Part shown: positions 25,820-37,269 of the stretch, one piece after another | Position numbering within the stretch: the first letter of the stretch is position 1 | How the letters are laid out: the number at the start of each line of letters is the position of its first letter | Notes under the pieces: generated by a model | The model's input: only the letters and a program-made list of their open reading frames with translations | What the model was told of the DNA's origin: nothing | Database searches by the model: none | Source: Polymyxa betae A26-41 | Lineage: Eukaryota > Protista > Endomyxa: Phytomyxea | Assembly: GCA_003693705.1 (NCBI GenBank) | Contig: RBZT01000770.1 | Span: 1-54,799 of the forward strand | Direction of reading: 5' to 3' | Length of the DNA: 54,799 bases | Program-made: the position numbers and the translations under genes

Positions 25820-27298
25820 TCAATTTGTATGGTGCAGCTCAGCTCCCAAATCGTTCAGAAGCGCCATCAATTGTTCGGCGATCGGGTCCCCTGGTTCGGA
25901 CCGAACCGCCGATTTCAACCTGGTTTGATGCTGGCGGATCTTGACCGGATCCCCAGCTCGGAAACATTCCAGCGCGGTTTGGGCAAAACGTTTCCTGTTA
26001 ATGTCACCGATTACAGTGAAGAACGGCACCCAAATATCGGGATCGATATTGTGTCCGATCAGTCTGACACAATCTAATGCCTCTTGGCACATCAGGGCGT
26101 CGTCATCACCTGATGTCAGCGCTGTCAAAATGTCGACGGCATGGGCTGCCGCTTTCTCTTCTGCATATAACAGCAACATGCGAACCAGCGAGACTGACGA
26201 CCTTCTCGTGGTCTCTCTCCAGTCGCTGATCTCCAGCAGCAACGGCGGTAACAATCTTTGCATTTGACTGCGAACGGAAAGTCGTGCGCCGAGACTCGGT
26301 CTCGAAGTCAGCGGTGGTAGAACCAGCGAATCCTCGGGTTTCTGCTTCTCCAAATCTGGACGAAATCGAATCTCATCGTAGAACTGCTCTTCGTGTTCCT
26401 TCATGTATTGATTACCGCAAGCTTCAATCGTGGAAATTGTGGATTTCTGGATTTCTTCGTCGCTGTCAAAGAACCCAGAAAACAGATATGGCGCCAGCAG
26501 CGTTTCGTAATCAATACGTTCCGGCAAGTCAATCGACCAACCTTGGATCATTTTGTAGAATCGAGACCGAACCTTCACATGCGGATCGTCAACCAGAGTG
26601 GCAAAATAATTCGTTCGATACTCGGGTCCATAGAATGATGCGATCGGGACGACATTCGCCTCGCGAAAAGCCGCCAGCGTCCGTATTGTCTCTCCGGCCC
26701 CGAAATACATGAAGGCGGCGACCACATCGAGAGCGGCAATGCGTAACCGAGCATGACGATGCTTCAAAATTGGCATCACTGCATTGATGCAGGCGATCGC
26801 TTTCTTCGACAGCGCACGAGGAACGATTTTCGCGACCTCGGTCAGGTTTGTGCAGCTCTGGAAAACGACGTCCGGATCGCGGTCCCCCAAACAACCAACG
26901 ATGATATCAAAGATCTCGCTGATGTAAACCGAGATGGTATCCACGAATCGATTCGTGATGACATTCAGCAGCTGAAGAAGGTCCCGCCGCTGGATCTCGC
27001 TTGGTTCGGTTTCACCAGCCAGGCGATATTTAATCACCGGAATCAGCAACGGCAGGCAATCGTTTGACAGACAGTTATAAAGCTGAGTCAGATGCAAAAG
27101 GCTTTTGCAGGCCGATAAACGGCATGCTTCACGACGGTCCATCAACCGCTTCAGCAGAGCCCGAAGCAGGAGGCCGACGTCGGTGATCTGCATTGATCCG
27201 GATGCGAGCCGGGTCTCGATCTCCCGAACACTAGCAAGACGCTCGGCGACCTCGGCCGACGATGACAGCGCTATGCATCGGTCCAGCGGCGCCGACAT
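25820..27298 (-). CDS. DNAAF5: Dynein axonemal assembly factor 5 (HEATR2)-like HEAT protein
   Basis: LLRALLKRLMDRREACR, EPSEIQR..LL, LKHRHARLRIAAL, RPSLGARLSVR and EISDWRETTR...LLLYAEE blocks typical of HEATR2. Confidence 0.8.
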   Translation of the reverse strand: MSAPLDRCIALSSSAEVAERLASVREIETRLASGSMQITDVGLLLRALLKRLMDRREACRLSACKSLLHLTQLYNCLSNDCLPLLIPVIKYRLAGETEPSEIQRRDLLQLLNVITNRFVDTISVYISEIFDIIVGCLGDRDPDVVFQSCTNLTEVAKIVPRALSKKAIACINAVMPILKHRHARLRIAALDVVAAFMYFGAGETIRTLAAFREANVVPIASFYGPEYRTNYFATLVDDPHVKVRSRFYKMIQGWSIDLPERIDYETLLAPYLFSGFFDSDEEIQKSTISTIEACGNQYMKEHEEQFYDEIRFRPDLEKQKPEDSLVLPPLTSRPSLGARLSVRSQMQRLLPPLLLEISDWRETTRRSSVSLVRMLLLYAEEKAAAHAVDILTALTSGDDDALMCQEALDCVRLIGHNIDPDIWVPFFTVIGDINRKRFAQTALECFRAGDPVKIRQHQTRLKSAVRSEPGDPIAEQLMALLNDLGAELHHTN

Positions 27299-28150
27299 TG
27301 CAATCGATATTCAACAATTGAACTGAATCCGTCATAGTGCTAAGATGGACACTCGCACTATGACGATTACGTTACACAACCTCAAAGGCTTCTCAGCTGG
27401 CAACGATCTTCCTACTGATTGCCAATCTGGACACGAAATCTGCACGAAGTACAATATCAAACATTTGTGTATGGCTGCCGGAAATTGTCGAAACGAAGTT
27501 CGTGGGGGCGCTTGAACATTGGCCATCTTAGAGGATAAGGGTTCGATTTCCATAATGACGAAATGGACGGTCCGTGGTTCACATTACCGACGTCAGCGCC
27601 AAATAGAATCACATCGAGCGAGGCGCTTGAATCGTTTACCAAATGGCTGCTTGAATGCATACTATACATTGGCAGATTACAGTAATCGGTTCCAGGCCTT
27701 CTGAAATCTCCCTGCTTGTTCTAGTCTTATTTTATCAGTGAAAACTGTTGGAGCCATTTGTGTGATGAAAAACCTATCCGACGAAGTGCTCCTGCAAATG
27801 AAAAATGTGGCGCTTTCTGCTACCAAAGTGCCTTTTTAACGTTCACACAGCTCAAAACGGCTGGATCATTGGTCTCTCCGTATATTCGATATTCGAACGT
27901 ATGTAGATAAGCCATATTGAGAAGAACTTGCCACAAACAAACCAATCTAGAAGGTCAACGAAATCAGGGCGGATTGGTGGTTCAGATGGCGTTATTGTTG
28001 GAGCCTCATCTCTAAGAGCCGATTCGGCCAGTAATGAAACCTGCGCTCTATTCTCTCTCTATCTGTCATTGTCATGTCATTTCAGATATTCAGGCGATCG
28101 GCATCGTATAGATCGGTACCCAAGCGGTCCAGCGCTGTCGGCTGCCGACC

Positions 28151-29275
28151 ATGGCCACCGACCAAGACCTGATCAATTCCTGGCTGGAACGCGACGATCT
28201 CGGCTTCGAACCATCGTCCGACGACGACGATGAAGTCGCTGCCCAATCGCCAGCGTCTGGGTATTCATCGTCCGGGCCGGTTATCAACTCTCAAAGGCGG
28301 AAGCTCAGCCGTGACGCCTGGAACGCTCAGGCCCACGACCTGCGCAAGCGAATGGCTCGACGATGGCACGATCATCTGCCGAATATGACGCCGCTGACTG
28401 CCGACCAGATCTATACTCATAAGCATCTCGTCAGGCGTGGCATCCCATCGCGACTTCGCCCAAAAATCTGGTCCTGGGCTCTCTCGATCCCAGTAATATC
28501 AGCGACGCATCCTGGCGAATTCCAGCTCCTGCTGAATCGAGCCGCTCAGCAGACGGCACCCTGCACGGCCCTCGAGCAGATTGAGAAAGATCTGCAACGA
28601 ACCTTTCCGAATCATCCGTTTTATCGCACGGATTCGGGTATCGCCGCGCTTCGACAAACTTTGACAGCGTTCGCGCTCAGAAATCCCCATATTGGATACA
28701 GCCAATCGATGAATTTTGTCGCTGGAGTTCTCAACCTGATATTCGATCCGGAAAAAGCGTTCTGGATGCTGGTCGCGATCGTCGAGCGAATTCTGCCGCG
28801 CGATTTTTACGATCTTTCACTGCTGGGTTGCCGTGTCGAGATTGGCGTTCTACGCCATCTGATTCAAAAAATGCTGCCGGAAGTTGATGCCGTCCTTGAG
28901 AATTTCAATATCGATATCCTGGTTGTCTGCGTTGGCTGGTACCTGCCGCTCTTCATCAACACACTCCCGATCGAGACCGTGCTTCGTGTCTGGGATTGCC
29001 TTCTCGTCGAAGGAGATAAAGTCCTCTTCCGAATCAGCATCGCCTTACTGAAGCTGCATACGGCCGATTTGCAGGCCTGTCGTGACGTCAATCAGGTCAT
29101 TCGGGTGCTAACCAGGATCGGAAAGGACCAGTACGATGGCGACGCTCTTATCCACACTGCGTTCAGGAAAATTGGGACTCTGAAACGTTCATCGATTGCG
29201 AAATATCGCTCACGATGTCGAGAGAAAGAAGAGGAGATCGAAAGGCGACATAGCGAAAGGAGAAAGACTGGCTGA
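28151..29275 (+). CDS. TBC-domain Rab GTPase-activating protein
   Basis: VRRGIPSRLRPKIW, QIEKDLQRTFP (arginine finger), IGYSQSMNF (glutamine finger), TVLRVWDCLLVEG. Confidence 0.95.
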   Translation: MATDQDLINSWLERDDLGFEPSSDDDDEVAAQSPASGYSSSGPVINSQRRKLSRDAWNAQAHDLRKRMARRWHDHLPNMTPLTADQIYTHKHLVRRGIPSRLRPKIWSWALSIPVISATHPGEFQLLLNRAAQQTAPCTALEQIEKDLQRTFPNHPFYRTDSGIAALRQTLTAFALRNPHIGYSQSMNFVAGVLNLIFDPEKAFWMLVAIVERILPRDFYDLSLLGCRVEIGVLRHLIQKMLPEVDAVLENFNIDILVVCVGWYLPLFINTLPIETVLRVWDCLLVEGDKVLFRISIALLKLHTADLQACRDVNQVIRVLTRIGKDQYDGDALIHTAFRKIGTLKRSSIAKYRSRCREKEEEIERRHSERRKTG

Positions 29276-29419
29276 TCTATCACAATCACTAATTAATGTC
29301 TTAACTTTCAATGATATTATCATCAACCGGTATTTTCCTCTGAGCATTCGTTTTCGCACTTCTGCTAGATGTGAAAGTTTTCTACTTCAACTTTACAAAG
29401 CACCGCAAATTATGTTTTA

Positions 29420-30067
29420 TCAGGAAAGGTTCAAAATTCGCTTCAGTGTTGGGACGTGAACTTCCAAAGGAAATTCATCCGAGTTTCGGAAACGGACTGG
29501 AATCGATTGCCATTCAGCCGCCCTCTGGCAGCACCGGCTTTCGTCGTGGTTTTGCGCCTCTTCACGGGCTCGCTTACCGAGACTAGCGACGCCTGGACGC
29601 TGCACGTTGGCCCCTGATTCAGGCCCGGTTTCTTCGACAGACGTCACCAGCAGTTCAGATCCCGTTTGGGCGATGGTTGGCAAAACCGGCGCCGATGGCT
29701 TGTCGCTGATGTAAACGAACAATGGGACACCAACATGCTTCGCTTCGTTTTTCTGGCGTTGGTACCAGCTGGAAATCTGTTCCACGAAATTCTTGTCATT
29801 CAAAACGACATAGTCGGCTTGCGTTGTGGTTGTTGTCGGCCTGATTTTCACCGAGACGTCGTGGCCGATTTCGACCGGCAGCGAACGCCGCAGATGCGCT
29901 GCAATGACGGCTTGTAGGGCACGATATCCAAACGAAAGGCGAAATTTGATTTCGGTGTCTGCTTCCAAGTAATGATCGCGACGACGGCGACTGTCGTCAC
30001 CTTTATAGACGATTAAGAGGGCGACGAAGTCGTCCGGAATGTTCGAACTCATTGAAATGTGTTTCAT
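29420..30067 (-). CDS. Hypothetical protein resembling an uncharacterised oomycete-type family
   Basis: Intronless ORF of about 215 aa with KIRPTTTTTQADYVVLNDKNF...W...LFVYI and a C-terminal VRFRNSDEFPLEVHVPTLKRILNL. The start may be 30067 or 30052. Confidence 0.55.
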   Translation of the reverse strand: MKHISMSSNIPDDFVALLIVYKGDDSRRRRDHYLEADTEIKFRLSFGYRALQAVIAAHLRRSLPVEIGHDVSVKIRPTTTTTQADYVVLNDKNFVEQISSWYQRQKNEAKHVGVPLFVYISDKPSAPVLPTIAQTGSELLVTSVEETGPESGANVQRPGVASLGKRAREEAQNHDESRCCQRAAEWQSIPVRFRNSDEFPLEVHVPTLKRILNLS

Positions 30068-30166
30068 CGGAAAACATGACTCAATTCTTGGCGCGCTGCA
30101 GAAGATCAATCCACATTGAATTAAACCCTAAATAGTTTGTCGCTGTCAATAAATGGAAGATCTCTT

Positions 30167-31102
30167 TCATTGCGATTCGAAACTGAGCCTGAGATGAAGA
30201 TAGAGACGTTTGATGGTATGCAATCGGAGCCGTTTACGAAGCAGATCGGTGGGCTTCTTATACAGTTCCAGGGCCAGATCGACATCGGGTTTGATCTCGT
30301 CCACGTCCATGAACGTCCAGCATTTCATGCTGAGTTTGTGAGCCGGCGTCGTCTTCAGATGTTTGAATTCGAACACGATCGCATAGCCCGGCAGGAGATC
30401 CTCGAGCCGAACGGGCAGCAGCATCTGCTTCTGGAATATAATATACGACTGGCTTCGCTGGGTGGAGATGGCAGTCTCATCGGGTGGCGCCACGAGCGTC
30501 CCGAGTCGATCCACGATCGACACGGCGATCCGCGGCTCGTTGTACTTGGCGGCGTCCTTCAGGCCGATTTGCTGGATCAATAAACGGACCTTGGTGGACG
30601 GCGGCGGCGACGGCACGGCCGCGAGCGGCTTGACCCGATTGCTGGGCGGTGATGATACCGCAGGCGCCTTGGCTTTGGCGCCTTCGTCCGGGAACAGATT
30701 GTCGGCTTTCTCGAGGATGCCCTTCAACTCTTTGATGGGGATGGGATTGTCGCCGGTCTTCAGATAGCCTAGACGGCAACGGATCGATTTCCGCACCGAA
30801 CTGATCGCGGTCTATCAAGGACCAATTATGCTTCAATAAAAATCATTCATGGTCGCATCACTGACAAGTTCAGGCTGTGTAGCCTGTTCAGGTTTATCTG
30901 AATAATTCAGTAGATGAAGTAAGCTGCAAACAAACGACAAATGAGAAAGGGATTCCGGTTTGGAGGCAGCGAACCGTTCGTATCCTTCCATGGCCTCGAG
31001 CGTCTGACCCCATTCGTCTGCATCCACCGTCTGCTTCATCAGTCGATACCATTTGTCTCGCAGCTGGCGCCCGGTATCGACAACCTTCAAGCCCTCGGCC
31101 AT
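30167..31102 (-). CDS. AIDA: AIDA (axin interactor, dorsalization-associated), C2-domain protein
   Basis: N-terminal ADEWGQTLEAMEGYER; Aida_C2 motifs IGLKDAAKY.EP.IAVSIVD, AIVFEFKHLK, SMKCWTFM and LELYKKPTD..RKRL; two introns. Confidence 0.9.
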
Positions 31103-31705
31103 GTCTTTGTAGATTCGTTCAGGTTCCTGTCACTGGCTGCACCGATCCAGGAATGCCGGCCCCGAATCGGCTCTGCATCCCCTAATTCCCTTCTTACAGA
31201 TCTCAGACCATGCTATGGGACACCTTCCGATAACAGAGATCGAAGATAAATGCGACACAGGTGAAGTATTGCGATTATACAAAGGCATCATCGGTGTACA
31301 TTATGAACGGAATCAGAATAATGCCAAACATGACAGCAATTAATTCCTGGGCTTGCAGGCTTCTAGCGACCACTCTAACTAGTATAAGGTATTCTGAATC
31401 CTGTAGGTTGGGATCGTCTGCGAGAGAATTATTCCGGCGTGTTGTTCTACATGACCATGAAAAACATTTATTTCGAAGAAAAGTCGAGAATTTTGTGCGA
31501 GCCATGCCCCATAGAAATGCACTTTGGTACGCCGAGTCTTTCGATTCATGTCTGGGCAAGAGCGTCAAGGGTCTCAGTCGGTGCTGGCCTCCGGAGTCCG
31601 TGACGGACACCTCACAAAATGCCCTCCCGCAAATAATCCGATTCGGAGCGCCGACTCTGCTACCAGACCGCCCAAGCTTTCGTCCCGGGTTTGCCGGACC
31701 CAGCC

Positions 31706-33324
31706 ATGATGATGATGGGTCATCATTACGTCGCCGATCGCTACGAGGACCTCGATCAATTGTCAGTCCAGATCGGGCTTGGCTGCACAACGTTTTCTGA
31801 TGGTCTGCTTAGCCGATTTCTCGACGAAGAGGAGCTCCTAGACGATCACGGCGAGTTCGAAGAAGTCATCCTCGATGAAGACGTCGAACTCGACGAGGTT
31901 CGCCATGGCTACATTCAGGAGGGACACGATTCTCTGGGCCTTCTGCCGACCTTCAATAACGATTACTACCACATGGATCCGCCATTCTTGCCGGACATGA
32001 CGCCGGGGCCAGCACCGCCCCAGCCGCATCTGTTCTTTGGGTCAGGGCCGGACCACGACCAGGTCCGCGAGCGTTCATAGAAACGGTCTCGATGAACCTA
32101 ATCGATTCTTATCTACAGGTCTTGGTCAATATGGGCCTAATGAGTCAGATCTATCAATGGATCGGCAGCCTTGAATGCTTTCTGGTCGATCACGGGCGAT
32201 TCTGTGAGGCGTATGAAGCAAACAAACAGCAGCTTGAGAACGGACCCGTCCCTGGAATCTGCTGCTTCACTTTGAGCTCAAATACGAACCTGGATCTGGA
32301 CCTGGAACAGGATGACGATGGTCGTGTGAAAATCTTCATCAAGAACTCCTACACGACTGGTCTAATTGGTAATTGCAATGAGACTATTTTCTCGATCTGC
32401 TTATGCTGACGCTTCAAACAGGCATCGTCCCCGACGTGTTCAGCGTCGTTCTTCTGCCATTGGTTCAATCACAACTGATTCAGATCTCGGGTAAGATTGA
32501 CACGCTCATCCATCCGGATTCGTGTCCGCCGCCGTTCAAGCTGATCATCAACGCCGATCTGAACGCCATCAACAACCGAGACGACCTCGAGGCTGTGAAT
32601 GTCCAAGCTTTGAAGCAACTCAGAAGGTACCACCAACAATTTTCTGCATAGTTTCCTCCTTTGAAATTCTTTCGTGCTCGAAGTTTCAGCTAATGATATT
32701 GTTTGTAGATGGCTAAAAAGGCCGAAAGGCGTTTTCATTTCCCCCGAATTACCAGCCCATATCAATTCAATCAGAAAAGCGTTGAACCGGCCCGAAAAGA
32801 AACGGCTCGCCGCTGCCGAAGATGCCATTCAGAGACAACAGTCGCAAGCCGACTTGACGCCAAAACAACCTAGACAGAGCAAATCGGTGCCGGCGCAGCC
32901 GAGAGCATCCGGTGGGAATGTCTGCAAATCCGATTTGGCACCGCAGTCGCGATCCAAAACGTCATCGACCATGGAGCTGCTAAATAACCGAAGAAGAATG
33001 AGGAATCGTCGAGAGCTGGAGCAATGCAAAGCTGCCGATGTACCGCGTCTGATCAAGACCATCAAGCACGAATCGAAATCGTGGAGCTCGACGGAGCGTA
33101 TTGAGACAATCGTGACCCAGTTTGTGGATTGCCGAGATCCATTGTCGTGTATCGGACGGTTGCTTGGTGCCACGATGGCGCTTTCAGTGCTGCCACAGAT
33201 GAGCGACCTGCTGAAAGAAGGATGGTCGGTGGTGATGTCGGGAGGCAAAGGCGGCCCCATTTTGGCGTCACCGCTCAGGTCAGCGCTGAAACAGTTGCTG
33301 GCTGATCTTCGTTGTCCATATTAG
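31706..33324 (+). CDS. Hypothetical multi-exon protein with a possible HIRAN-like domain
   Basis: Four in-order exons with GT-AG introns (about 32062-32118, 32369-32421, 32627-32708). VKIFIKN...LIG|IVPDVFSVVLLPLVQSQLIQISG resembles a HIRAN fold. Confidence 0.5.
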
Positions 33325-33801
33325 CTATAATATTGCTTTCCGTTCATTGTAATAAGCCATATTCACTCCAAAATTCAAGACGTTCGAGTTCATTCAGTTG
33401 TCAAATTGTTTGCATCCTCAACAAGAGAATTTTGGTCCCTATTTAACGAACAATCCTGTGTCTGGTTCCTACGTAGTCCATTATCTATATCCTGGCCGCA
33501 CGAACCCGAAAACAATCTAGCTCAGATGGTTAACTTTGTCGCGATTCGCCCCAGGACTATAGCTTTGACAGAATCGGCGTCTCCCTAAACTAAATCAGAC
33601 TGGATAGCAGAGGCTGCTGCTACAGCAGAAGAGATGACTGTTGTCGGGGGTCCCATAACCAGTGAATGGGCAGCTGTAACGTAGGCGACTGTGGCTAGGG
33701 TTTTCAGTTCGCTCTGCTGTCCGTCACAGGGCATATTCACTGTACCTCTGTTTGATCCCATCTCTGTTCTAGAACACATTGCTTTATCGATTGTGTGCTG
33801 C

Positions 33802-35360
33802 TGTCAGCGCCAGGTCGATTGACAGGCAACACCAGAGGTTCATACGACAAAACCAACAAGCGCCAAGCTCATCTCAGTCCATGCGCGTCGGTGTCAACGA
33901 GTTCTTCCGAGTGTTCAAGGGCGAGTCCTGACACGGCCTACTTAGGGTGTTCGTGATCAGAATTTCTTGAGAGATTTTTCGCTGCCGTTCAGGTTGGATG
34001 GTTCGAGTATCATCGTTCTTGGTCTATTCCCGCGTTTCCAGAGAATTCCGGCGACAAAATGATCAGTCGAATCGGCAATCGCTTGTTCCCGTGAGCCCAT
34101 CGAGCTTAGAGCAAGGGCTACAAGGTCATCGTATTATGCCTCTATCTCCTCCTTCGAAAATGCTGGAACAATCTTCAATTGAGCATTCTGCTGAATTGCA
34201 CTATTCAATTTGAAATTCCATGCCAGAAGTTTCCTTTGCGTGCTGTACAAAGTCGATTTACTACAAAGCCCTAACTGACATTGATTGAAATACATCATGA
34301 ACTATTCTATTTTTTTTATCAAGCAACGTATCACATAAATAGATAATCAGTGCAGCTAAAGCTTCCAAGCTTTCAGAACTTATCAATCTGAGTAGTCTGC
34401 TGATGATTGCCAGATTCCAAACTCGATTTTCTACTTCTCATGTATGCACCCGCTGTTTCTGTTAAGAGTAAATTTCGAGGAAACAAAGTGAATGAGCCAT
34501 TGGTCATCATGAATGGCGGTATCTAGTATCCTCGCAAGGCCGCTGGAGACCTTAAAGCTAGGTTACCTAATCTCATCGTTTCTCGGGAAGATCTGTTTGA
34601 CGAAATTTATATGTCCATGATGGACAACACTCACCAACAGTAACCCCATCTGTAAAGTCGCTAGTTGAGTTTTCGGTCAAACTCACTACTGTGTTATTGG
34701 CGTAATTGGTGCTGCATTGTTGTTAGAGGTTGACAGCCCACCGCCCGATGTTACCAACAAACTAGTTGAATCCAATCCAGGTGGACAGCTACAGACTGTT
34801 GACATTGGCGATGAATCCAATGACAAAGGGTCGAATTATGTATCTCAAGGATCTATTCTGCAAAAATCAAGCTGTGCCACCACCAGAAGACGTAGTCTGG
34901 TTGCTTGATTTTAGGTTGGCTAGCAACACCCGAGATGGTCCACAAAGAAGACGAGTTTTTATCAAAGACCGGAGAACTTGATCAAATGGGGATGGTCAGT
35001 ATTCAGAAGACGTTCATTGATGGCGGAAGATGACTAGAAGACGGCTCCTTTGACACAATAGCAGACACGCCTCATCAAACGGTTACGGAGAAGCCGAGGA
35101 GATCAGAAGATGGTCTCCTAACAAAAGTGGCAACCACCTCATGCAATTGTGTTGAGAGAAGCACAAGATGACGCCTGTGGCAGGCTGCCAGCCAACTTGG
35201 GTTTGGGTTGCCCGAAGTCAGGGACTCCGAACGAATACCGCGACGCCATTTGGTGTCTGTTGCCCAGTTCGCCTTGGACGTGGCAATCCCCATTCGACTC
35301 TTGACAAGTTCAGCTTTATCCACGCGCTTGACTTAGTGGGTTGACGATTGCTACAATCCC
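33802..35360 (+). mobile_element. Highly decayed LTR-retrotransposon remnant (possible LTR plus RNase H fragments)
   Basis: TGTCAG...TCCTGACA termini at about 33802-33933. Interrupted + frames near 35170-35360 read LWQAASQLGFG and RLLTSSALSTRLT*W..LQS, resembling the Ty3/Gypsy RNase H motifs DAS..G.G and L..RL.RW...LQ. Confidence 0.4.
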
Positions 35361-35600
35361 ATTGTCAATCGCATGGCAAAAACAGCAAACCAGTTCTTTG
35401 CAAATTTAGAACTGGCATGGGCTTAGCGAGAAGAAGTGGCCGAGATAGGTTGTATCATGCGTTTTATGCATACTACTTGTCTGTTTCCCTTCAAACGCAG
35501 AAATCGGAGATAAGCATAAATATGCATTCTAGTCAAACTGTAATATTAGCTCGAACCTGCGAGCATGTTTCTATATATGGACACCGCAGCAAACTAATCG

Positions 35601-37269
35601 TCAGCCTGTTTTTAGTTTAGATCGCGTCTGATACCCTCGAACATGTTTCTGAATGACAATCGCAGCAGTTTCCCTTTGCTCCGATTTCATCAATTTTCTT
35701 GTTTGAAATCCTCGAACATGCTTCTGTATGGCAATCGCAGCTGCTTCCATTTCCTCCGATTCCATCTTCTTTCGCATCTGATGTCCTCGAACATGCTTCT
35801 GAATGGAAATCGCAGCTGATTCCCTTTGCTCCAATTGCATCTTCTTTCGCGTCTGATATCCTCGAACATGCTTCTGGATGGTTGTTGCAGCAGCATGGTG
35901 TCTTCCTCCAAGACTGGCTTGTTCTAATGATCCTGAACTGCGCTTATCTATAATTCTAAAGGAGAAAAAGCGTTGATGAGTTTGCTTCAACGCGAAAGCT
36001 GGCCAGCTTACAAGAGTTGCATTTCCTTGTTTTCATCGATCCTTTCCATTGTGTGCCTTCGCCAAGCTTTTTGAATTGTTGCTGCAGCTTCATCTTCTGC
36101 GCTTGAGCTAAGCTGCTTATTCCTTACATTCCGCTCTCTAGTAGTTCTCTGCCGACTTTGGCGTCCTCGTACTAGTTTTTGGATCTTTGTGGCTGCTTCA
36201 TGACGATTTTTATCAACTGCGCTATTGCGCTTCAAACGTCTCTTGAGCATCGCTCCTCGCCAATTTTTCTGAATCACGATTGCTGCAGCATCACGATCAT
36301 TTTCCTCCACAGACCTCATTAAAACACCGTCGCTGAAAGCGCTATCCATTTTGACGGCCTCGTCGCGGATTGCGTCTTGATACTTCTTTTCGTCATCGCA
36401 GCGTTTTCGCACCATTCGTCCGCGATAAACGCTTTGAATCTTAATGGCTGCTGCATCTCGATCAATCAACTGATTTTCATGATCCACCACAGCTCTCGTC
36501 AAAACGCTGTCGCTGGATGGTTTTTCCATTTTGACATCCTCGTCGAGCATGGCGTCTTGATACATCCTTTCGACTTCACATCGTTTTCGCTCCATCCGTC
36601 CTCGATAAACGCTTTGAATTTTAGTTGCTGCTGTATTCTCAATATGCTCGCTTTCTTGTGCAACAATACTAGCAGCAACAGGAATTTTTGTAAGCAATTG
36701 TATATCATGTAAACCATCACCTGAGTGGAACCGCAATGCGTCTCTCGTTCGAATATCGTTCGAATGAAATTGCAATACTTTTCTCGTGCGATCTGTTGAT
36801 TTCAACTTTCCATGAACATGAGTAGCTTTGCCCTTTGAGCCTGGCCTCATCTCTGTTTCGTGCCGTTTATCGGCAAGTTTTCTGAAACGCTCCTGAAGAT
36901 TATCTTTAGGTTCCAGACATTTAGGTATCGAGGTATCAAGACGATGAGGCACATGGGGAAGAGTCGGTCGTAGGCGTTGGTATCGCTTGACGTTTCGTTG
37001 AGCGCTCGATGGTAGCAGATGACGCGAGCTCCATCTCCTGCCGAACCTCGCCATTTCATTTGCAACGATATCGTAATGGCCATGCTGAGGCATATCTTCA
37101 GCAATTAAGCGGTATAATGCCGATCGCAGTCCATCAAGATACCCGATTGTTGTAAGGAAATCTAACAGTTCGTCAGAAATTGATTAAAGACATTCGTTTG
37201 TGAAACGCAACTGTAAGATTCGTCATCGAATTCGAATCCATCGATTTCATCTGCAACTACGTCCCTCAT
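35601..37269 (-). CDS. IQ-motif repeat protein (about 9 IQ motifs) with a possible N-terminal Dpy-30/RIIa-like docking helix pair
   Basis: Exon 1 MRDVVADEIDGFEFDDESY splices to NFLTTIGYLDGLRSALYRLIAEDMPQ. The IQxxxRG-type motif occurs 9 times, and an intron near 35957-36011 joins ORF 36008..37093 to ORF 35601..35990. Confidence 0.85.
35615..35895 (-). repeat. Coding tandem repeat, 4 x 75 bp (25-aa IQ unit)
   Basis: cctcgaacatg recurs at 35635, 35710, 35785 and 35860. Confidence 0.95.

Noticed and set aside
31261-31800. 179-aa + ORF and 171-aa - ORF between AIDA and the HIRAN-like gene
   Set aside because: No motifs; they cover a divergent promoter region and overlap the better-supported gene in another frame or strand.
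35615-35895. Regularly spaced repeats resembling a CRISPR array
   Set aside because: The whole 75-bp unit is repeated in frame and encodes IQ motifs; there are no unique spacers, and the context is eukaryotic.
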